NCBI GenBank assembly: GCA_937136425.1
Contig: CAKZON010000083.1
Location: 120-64,119 of the forward strand
Direction: 5' to 3'
DNA length: 64,000 nt
Source: an uncultured Crocinitomix sp.
Lineage (GTDB): Bacteria; Bacteroidota; Bacteroidia; Flavobacteriales_D; Crocinitomicaceae
Made by a program: the position numbers and the translations under genes. The notes beneath the pieces are model-generated. The model did not search any database, was not told where the DNA came from, and was given only the letters and a program-made list of their open reading frames with translations. Positions 57,887-64,000 of this stretch are shown in pieces. Numbering within the stretch: the stretch's first letter is position 1; every line of letters begins with the position of its first letter.

Positions 57887-57975
57887 TTATTTGACAAGCT
57901 CATAATCACCTTTTTAAGCGATTTTAATCTCGCTCATTTGGTTGTAACTTTGTCAGCAAATTTGCAAGAAAATTA

Positions 57976-58935
57976 ATGAAGATATTGGCAGACGTATGGG
58001 ATGATATAATGCAGGGGTTACTTGAACCACTCTATTATTTCAACGATCCTGAAAAACGTATAAACTATTTCTATTTAATTTCTTCATTGCTTTTGGCATA
58101 CTATGTTTACTATAAAGCCAAAGAAAAAATTCCTTTTTACAAGTATATTTTCAACAAAAAAATTTGGTTAAGTAAATCAGCATTTATCGATTATAAGTAC
58201 TTTTTTTTTAACGGAATTATCAAAATTGTTTTAATTGCTCCATTAGTTAATACATGGTGGTATTTAGGAGTTTCAATTAATGATTGGATGGAGGAATCTT
58301 TCGGTTTTTCAAAGACATTACTTTCTGAGAATGAACTTATAATTTACTATACTTTAACCTTAGTTGTATTATCGGACTTGCTTATCTATCTCATTCATTT
58401 AGCCATGCACAAAATTCCATTTTTATGGGAATTTCATAAAATCCATCACTCTGCCACTACATTGAATCCTATTACTCAATATCGGCTGCACCCAGTTGAG
58501 TTAATCGTAAACAATATTGCACTTGTTTTACTTTCAAGCTTTTTAGTTGGTTTTTTCGATTATTATTATGCTGGCTCTGTAAAAGCTGCAACATATCTTG
58601 AAGTGAATATTTTTGTTGTGTTATTTCTTTTTTGGGGCTCAAGTTTACGTCATTCGCATGTAAAATTGAAATACTTCCATTTTTTAGAGCGTTTTCTACT
58701 AAGTCCTTTCCAACACCAATTGCATCATAGTGATAATCCTGCACACTTTGATAAAAATATGGGATCAAAATTAGCCATTTGGGATTGGATATTTGGAACA
58801 CTAGTTCGCTCAGCACAAGTCTCCAAAATTAAATTTGGTTTGGGAAAAAATGAGGAAAAGAATTACAATAGTTTTTTCAAAACTCTCTATATGCCATTCA
58901 AGAATATTGGGCGGTTTCTAATTGGTAAAAAATAA
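57976..58935 (+). CDS. fatty-acid hydroxylase / sterol desaturase family membrane protein
   Basis: Multiple TM helices and histidine boxes HLAMHK, HKIHHS, HQLHHS. Confidence 0.8.
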   Translation: MKILADVWDDIMQGLLEPLYYFNDPEKRINYFYLISSLLLAYYVYYKAKEKIPFYKYIFNKKIWLSKSAFIDYKYFFFNGIIKIVLIAPLVNTWWYLGVSINDWMEESFGFSKTLLSENELIIYYTLTLVVLSDLLIYLIHLAMHKIPFLWEFHKIHHSATTLNPITQYRLHPVELIVNNIALVLLSSFLVGFFDYYYAGSVKAATYLEVNIFVVLFLFWGSSLRHSHVKLKYFHFLERFLLSPFQHQLHHSDNPAHFDKNMGSKLAIWDWIFGTLVRSAQVSKIKFGLGKNEEKNYNSFFKTLYMPFKNIGRFLIGKK

Positions 58936-58981
58936 ACAGCTAAAAATACAAATCCCCCTTATAAATATATAAAGGGGACTT

Positions 58982-59145
58982 GATTTGCTACTTTACTAAG
59001 TTGTAAGACAATTTGTCAAGATGACCAAATTACCACGAAAAACTCTACTCTTAAACCAACCTTTCGGTTGTTGTCTTACAAACTCAGTTTTTTAAATGCT
59101 ACCCTTATACGTTTATAAGGTGAACTCAATCATTGTTTTGGGTTT
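58982..59145. repeat. intergenic repeat element, copy 1
   Basis: Shares conserved islands with copy 2 at a constant offset of about 417 nt: GATTTGCTAC, AAATTACCACGAAAAACTCTACTCTTAA, AAACTCAGTTTTTTA, GTTTTGGGTTT. Contains an 11-bp inverted repeat, TTGTAAGACAA (59001-59011) / TTGTCTTACAA (59071-59081). Confidence 0.6.
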
Positions 59146-59398
59146 CAATGTTAGAGCAAATCTATTCATTACATACAGTTCATAAAAGCGTATTTATACG
59201 TGATTTTCATTTATTTTAAAAAATTCGGACATTTTATTGGTTTAATAATTGCTTAAAACAGAGTGTTGAAAGAATGACATTAGACTAGCCACAACACTTT
59301 AGGAGATATTTTTGAACAGAATATCTTGATTAAACGCTCAAAGCAGCCAAACTTATAAAATAACAAAAGCTGCTCAAGACGTTTCCTGAGCAGCTTTC

Positions 59399-59553
59399 GA
59401 TTGCTACTTGAGCTAAGCTTATCCTTTTTGTATTGACACAATTAAATTACCATGAAAAAACCCTACTCTTAATAATTAATGTGTCAAATAGGTGTAAACT
59501 TAGTTTTTTATATTCCAACAAAGGAATAATGATATTACTTGCGTTTTGGGTTT
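59399..59553. repeat. intergenic repeat element, copy 2
   Basis: GATTGCTAC, AAATTACCATGAAAAAACCCTACTCTTAA, AAACTTAGTTTTTTA, GTTTTGGGTTT. Has its own inverted repeat TTGACACAATTAA / TTAATGTGTCAA flanking the conserved island. Confidence 0.6.
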
Positions 59554-59676
59554 ATTAATGCTGTTGTAAATGTAGGGGCTATTATGTCACTAAAAAACCG
59601 TATAAAGACCTAATTATGTTATTTATTTTAGGTCTTTATCATTTCGCCAAAAGGCTTAATTTTAGTTGTTATAAAC

Positions 59677-59710
59677 GAAAAAAGTTCTCAAACCCTAAGG
59701 CTTGAGAACT
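59677..59710 (-). terminator. rho-independent terminator after lpdA
   Basis: AGTTCTCAA/TTGAGAACT 9-bp stem. On the minus strand it is followed by T6. Confidence 0.65.
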
Positions 59711-59734
59711 TTCAAATCATTTATTAACAACTAC

Positions 59735-61126
59735 TTAAAGGTGAATCACCTCATCATATGCAGCAGCTGCAGCTTCCATTACCGCCTCACTCAACGTTGG
59801 GTGAGGATGTACTGTTTTTATAATTTCATGTCCAGTAGTTTCTAGTTTTCTAATAGCAACAATTTCCGCAATCATTTCTGTTACGTTCATTCCTATCATA
59901 TGTCCACCTAACAACTCACCGTACTTTGCATCAAAGATCAGTTTTACAAACCCATCATTAGCTCCAGCAGCACTTGCTTTACCTGAAGCTGAGAAAGGGA
60001 ACTTACCAACTTTAATATCATACCCGGCCTCTTTAGCTGCTTTTTCTGTCATTCCAACAGACGCAACCTCTGGCGAACAATATGTACAACCTGGTATGTT
60101 TCCATAATCCAATCCTGCAACATCCATTCCTGATATTTTTTCAACACAAATAATTCCTTCTGCAGAAGCTACGTGAGCCAAAGCTGGACCAGAAACGATA
60201 TCACCAATCGCATAGTATCCTGGGATATTTGTTTGATAAAATTCGTTTACTAATACTTTTCCTTTATCAGTTGCAATTCCAACATCTTCCAATCCAATTC
60301 CCTCTAAATTAGTTTCAATTCCAACTGCAGAAAGTACAATATCACAATCGATAATCTCTTCTCCCTTTTTAGTTTTCACTTTCACCTTACATCCAGCACC
60401 ACTTGTATCAACAGACTCTACAGAAGAGTTTGTTTTAATTTTTAAACCTTGCTTCTTTAAAGAACGCTCTAGTTGTTTTGACACCTCTTCATCCTCAACA
60501 GGAACAACAACTGGCATGTATTCTACTACAGTTACATCTACGCCCATTGCATTATAGAAATATGCAAACTCAACACCAATAGCTCCAGAACCTACTACCA
60601 CCATTTTCTTTGGTAGTTTAGGAAGTACCATTGCCTCTCGATATCCTATGATCTTTTTCCCATCTTGTGGAAGATTAGGTAATTGTCTTGATCTTGCTCC
60701 TGTTGCTAAAACAACACCTTTGTTTGCTTTATAATCAGTCACATTACCTTTAGCATCTGTAACAGCAACTGTTTTACCAGCTTTCACTTTACCAGTTCCT
60801 ACTAAAACGTCAATTTTATTTTTTTTCATTAGGAATTTAATCCCACCACTCATTTTTTCTGCAACTCCCCTACTTCTCTTAACAATCCCCTCAAAATCTG
60901 GTTCTGCACCTTTTACGTTAATTCCATAATCGGCTGCGTGTGTAATGTATTCAAATACATTTGCACTCTTTAATAATGCTTTCGTGGGAATACATCCCCA
61001 GTTCAAACAAATTCCACCAAGTTCTGCTTTTTCAACAACAGCTGTTTTTAAGCCTAATTGTGAAGCTCTAATTGCGGCAACATATCCACCAGGCCCACTT
61101 CCAATTACTATAATATCGTAAGTCAT
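59735..61126 (-). CDS. lpdA: dihydrolipoyl dehydrogenase
   Basis: GSGPGGYVAAIRA FAD motif, redox disulfide GGICLNWGCIPTK, C-terminal HPHPTLSE interface motif. Confidence 0.93.
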   Translation of the reverse strand: MTYDIIVIGSGPGGYVAAIRASQLGLKTAVVEKAELGGICLNWGCIPTKALLKSANVFEYITHAADYGINVKGAEPDFEGIVKRSRGVAEKMSGGIKFLMKKNKIDVLVGTGKVKAGKTVAVTDAKGNVTDYKANKGVVLATGARSRQLPNLPQDGKKIIGYREAMVLPKLPKKMVVVGSGAIGVEFAYFYNAMGVDVTVVEYMPVVVPVEDEEVSKQLERSLKKQGLKIKTNSSVESVDTSGAGCKVKVKTKKGEEIIDCDIVLSAVGIETNLEGIGLEDVGIATDKGKVLVNEFYQTNIPGYYAIGDIVSGPALAHVASAEGIICVEKISGMDVAGLDYGNIPGCTYCSPEVASVGMTEKAAKEAGYDIKVGKFPFSASGKASAAGANDGFVKLIFDAKYGELLGGHMIGMNVTEMIAEIVAIRKLETTGHEIIKTVHPHPTLSEAVMEAAAAAYDEVIHL

Positions 61127-61355
61127 AATTTGAAATTTAATCTTCCGCGAATTTAACTAATAATCATTCAATAAATGATTGCTCGATCGAATATTTTATT
61201 TTTGGTTTTATAAATTATGTTCAATCATTATTTAAGGATTAAAATGCATGTTAAAATTGGATAGGTTTAATGCACAGATTGTTTATTTTTGAAATTGAAC
61301 TAAATTTATCCAAATAAACCCATAGGATAGTTGTAGCATGCAAACAAAGTCACCA

Positions 61356-62405
61356 ATGAAAAAGAATAGCATATTCACTCGCAAAAAGCAATTCAAGCTG
61401 TATTTTTTCACAAGTTTATTAAGTCTATTGTTTTTATCAGGATGTGCTTTATTTAAAGGAAATAAAGAGGTTGTTGGTTTAGCATTCTCATATTCATCTG
61501 CAGCGGAAATAAACTACGGTTATAGTTTTTCATTTAAAACCAAATTGGTTTATTCTAATGGTAAAGAAAAAGATATTACGGATAAAAAAGGACTCGCAAT
61601 TACTATTAATGGCGGAACCTACAGTAATGGAAAAATATCAATCGGTGGTTATCCTCAAACCTTGCGTTCTGATACAGTACACGTAACTGCACATTACACT
61701 GTAAATGAAACAGAGTATGAATTGAAAGAGTCAATCCCCTTTAATTATAATGGTACACTTATTATGAATTTTAGTGGTGACGCTGGCAAAAATGGTAATG
61801 ATGGTGATAATAAAGGAACGCCTCTATTATTAAGAAATGGAAAAACTGGCGGAGATGGAGAGGATGGCGCACAAGGTGGAATTGGGCAGGACTTATCAGT
61901 TAACATTTGGAAAGAGAAAGATGATAGATATAGAATTACGGTCACAAATTTAGTTTCTAGTAAAACCTATCAATATACCTATAAAGATAGGGGCTTTGGA
62001 ATTCGATTTGATGTAAATGGAGGAAGTGGCGGAAACGGTGGTGATGGCGGAAATGGTGGTGATGGTAAAGATGGAGTAATTTCTGAAAAAAAGACAAAAA
62101 CACCAGGTGACGGAGGAAATGGTGGCAATGGTGGTAACGGTGGTTTCGGTGGGCCGGGCGGAACAGTGTACGTTTTTATACATCCCAATGCTGCTGAACT
62201 AAAAGATAAAATAGCGGTTTACAATTTTGGAGGTACTGCAGGCACCGCTGGTAAAGCAGGAAAAGCAGGAAAAGGGGGTGATCCTGCTGATGGACAAGAC
62301 CTAGTTCCTGACGGTATTGCAGGCAATGATGGTGTTGATGGAGTAAACGGCGAGCAAGGCACACCTTTTGAAATTGTCATTGAGGATTTCGATATTGAGA
62401 ATTAA
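61356..62405 (+). CDS. lipoprotein with interspersed short Gly-X-Y blocks
   Basis: Lipobox LFLSGCALF. C-terminal half has four blocks of about six G-X-Y triplets (GKTGGDGEDGAQGGIGQD; GGSGGNGGDGGNGGDGKDG; GDGGNGGNGGNGGFGGPGG; GIAGNDGVDGVNGEQGTP) separated by beta-strand-like segments. Confidence 0.65.
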   Translation: MKKNSIFTRKKQFKLYFFTSLLSLLFLSGCALFKGNKEVVGLAFSYSSAAEINYGYSFSFKTKLVYSNGKEKDITDKKGLAITINGGTYSNGKISIGGYPQTLRSDTVHVTAHYTVNETEYELKESIPFNYNGTLIMNFSGDAGKNGNDGDNKGTPLLLRNGKTGGDGEDGAQGGIGQDLSVNIWKEKDDRYRITVTNLVSSKTYQYTYKDRGFGIRFDVNGGSGGNGGDGGNGGDGKDGVISEKKTKTPGDGGNGGNGGNGGFGGPGGTVYVFIHPNAAELKDKIAVYNFGGTAGTAGKAGKAGKGGDPADGQDLVPDGIAGNDGVDGVNGEQGTPFEIVIEDFDIEN

Positions 62406-62424
62406 AACATAGCTGATTAGATTA

Positions 62425-64000
62425 ATGAATTATACAATTACTTACCAGAACCCAGGCCAACAATATATTCCTATTGAAGCCCAAATAAATTGTCAGTCGC
62501 ATAATGAAATTGAACTTCAGTTTCCTGCATGGCGCCCTGGAAGATATGAACTAGGGAATTTTGCAAAAAATATTAAAGGATTTAAAATAGTAGATGAAAA
62601 CGGGCAAAAAGTTTCTTTTCAAAAATTAAACAAAGATTCTTGGCTTATTGACTGCAGCGGGGTTAATAATTTAAAAGTTTCTTATTCTTATTTTTCAAAT
62701 GAACTCAACGCAGGTTCAACATTTATAGATGATACACAATTATATGTGAATCCCGTTAACTGCATGATCTACATTAAAGATCGTGAATTCGAAACTTGTT
62801 CCATTCAATTAAACATTCCCACTCAATTTGAACTTGCTTGTGGTGTAAAGCACGAAAACAATAAAATGTTGTTTAATGATTTGCATGAAATGATGGATAC
62901 GCCATTTATTGCAAGCGCAACTTTACAGCATAAAACATATAGTGTCTTTGGTATCACATTTCATTTATGGTTCCATGGCAAAGTAGAATTAGATTGGAAT
63001 AGAATAATTACTGATTTTGAAAAATTCACTAAAACTCAATTAGAAAAATTTAGTGATCGAAAATCTAAAACAGTCGGTTTCCCAGTAAAAGACTACCATT
63101 ACCTTTATCAAATTCAACAAATAAGAGCCTATCATGGTGTTGAGCATAAAACTTCAACTGTTGTTTCTCTTGGACCAGCAAGTAATTTGATGGACAAATT
63201 ATATGATGACTTTTTGGGAGTGAATTCGCATGAGCTTTACCATGTTTGGAATATCAAAAGCATTCGCCCAACTGAAATGTACCCATATGATTATTCTAAA
63301 GAAAATTTTTCTCATTTAGGATATGTAGCGGAAGGTGTTACAACTTATTTAGGAGATCTTTTTTTAGCTGAATCAAACGTTAAAGATTTTGTTTGGTATA
63401 AAAAAGAGTTTGAAATTTTGCTTCAAAAGCACTTTAATAACTTCGGAAGATTTAATTATTCTGTTGCAGATTCAAGCTGGGACACTTGGCTTGATGGCTA
63501 TGTTAAAGGAGCTCCCCACCGTAAAGTGTCAATTTACAATGAGGGCGCATTATTGGCTTTTGCAATGGATATGCTGATTAGAAAAGAGAGTGAAAACAGA
63601 GCTTCTATCCACAATGTAATGAATAAGCTTTATACAGATTATGCACTTCAAGGCAAAGGTTACACTGAACAAGATTACAAAACGGCTTGCGAACATTTTT
63701 CAGGCAAAGATTTAACATATTTCTTTGAAAACTTTGTACATGGTACACAACCATACGAGTCATTATTAGTAGAAGCATTAGAGGCAATTGGATTCACATT
63801 AGAAATGGAACAAAATCCGCTATTTTCTGAAAGAATTTTGGGGATTAAAACCGCCAAGCTAAATGGCAATTTTATTGTAACCGATATTTTCCCTGGTAGC
63901 ACAGCTGAATTAGGTAATCTCATGCTGAACGATCAAATTATAGCTATCAATGACCGTGAGGTTCAAAATAGCCTAGAAGATGTGATCGCACCGATTTTCG
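62425..64000 (+). CDS. M61 family (glycyl aminopeptidase-like) metallopeptidase with C-terminal PDZ, 3' end beyond window
   Basis: ATG at 62425, then an open frame to the right edge, so it is not in the ORF track. Motifs FPAWRPGRYELGNFAKN and zinc motif SHELYHVWN. A PDZ-like stretch begins around TDIFPGSTAELGNLMLNDQIIAINDREV. Confidence 0.8.
   Translation, partial: MNYTITYQNPGQQYIPIEAQINCQSHNEIELQFPAWRPGRYELGNFAKNIKGFKIVDENGQKVSFQKLNKDSWLIDCSGVNNLKVSYSYFSNELNAGSTFIDDTQLYVNPVNCMIYIKDREFETCSIQLNIPTQFELACGVKHENNKMLFNDLHEMMDTPFIASATLQHKTYSVFGITFHLWFHGKVELDWNRIITDFEKFTKTQLEKFSDRKSKTVGFPVKDYHYLYQIQQIRAYHGVEHKTSTVVSLGPASNLMDKLYDDFLGVNSHELYHVWNIKSIRPTEMYPYDYSKENFSHLGYVAEGVTTYLGDLFLAESNVKDFVWYKKEFEILLQKHFNNFGRFNYSVADSSWDTWLDGYVKGAPHRKVSIYNEGALLAFAMDMLIRKESENRASIHNVMNKLYTDYALQGKGYTEQDYKTACEHFSGKDLTYFFENFVHGTQPYESLLVEALEAIGFTLEMEQNPLFSERILGIKTAKLNGNFIVTDIFPGSTAELGNLMLNDQIIAINDREVQNSLEDVIAPIF

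Noticed and set aside
57880-57915. ATGAGCT...AGCTCAT 7-bp inverted repeat spanning the dcp stop codon, considered as a terminator.
   Set aside because: No T-run follows on the + strand, and the next gene starts only 90 nt downstream on the same strand. I could not support a terminator call.
61745-62364. Pro-rich and other minus-strand ORFs (61745..61945, 61950..62183, 61979..62188, 62176..62364).
   Set aside because: They are the antisense reading of the Gly-rich GGN/GGT codon runs of the + strand lipoprotein gene (GGN reads as NCC, giving Pro). They have no independent start context.

Overview
This 64-kb window looks like chromosomal DNA from a low-GC Bacteroidota genome (Flavobacteriia, Cryomorphaceae/Crocinitomicaceae-like). 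The evidence is nine proteins with type IX secretion (T9SS) C-terminal sorting domains, the Bacteroidota-typical nusB-DUF1573-yajC operon, and TAnnTTTG -7 promoter boxes. Housekeeping genes present are rpsF-rpsR-rplI, dnaX, nusB, yajC, ttcA, trxB, lpdA, hbd, a leucine dehydrogenase-type enzyme, an ABC exporter, an M3 peptidase and an M61 peptidase. Accessory regions interrupt these.

(1) At 1-3060, an alpha-2-macroglobulin gene is cut off after about 776 codons. It abuts an orphan NucS-like nuclease domain, an 860-bp ORF-free hairpin-rich stretch, and a secreted protease cassette bracketed by a recurring junction motif.

(2) At 24959-35701 there is a tandem array of four mosaic SprB-repeat/PKD adhesin-like genes with type-B T9SS domains.

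(3) At 35728-45106 there is a divergent locus. One arm encodes a secreted EEP nuclease and a split 5'-nucleotidase. The other arm encodes a TonB-dependent receptor, two paralogous lipoproteins and a T9SS-secreted paralog, all three carrying an OB-fold-like module. I rate this the best candidate for an undescribed system, namely extracellular DNA/nucleotide capture and import.

(4) At 58936-59734, an 800-bp spacer between convergent genes holds two diverged copies of a hairpin-containing element, a candidate small RNA.

Other points are a dnaX split into gamma-like and tau-specific ORFs with no canonical slippery site, and a lipoprotein built from short Gly-X-Y blocks. I saw no rRNA, tRNA, CRISPR array or recognisable transposase. 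All family calls rest on motif recognition by eye; no searches were run.
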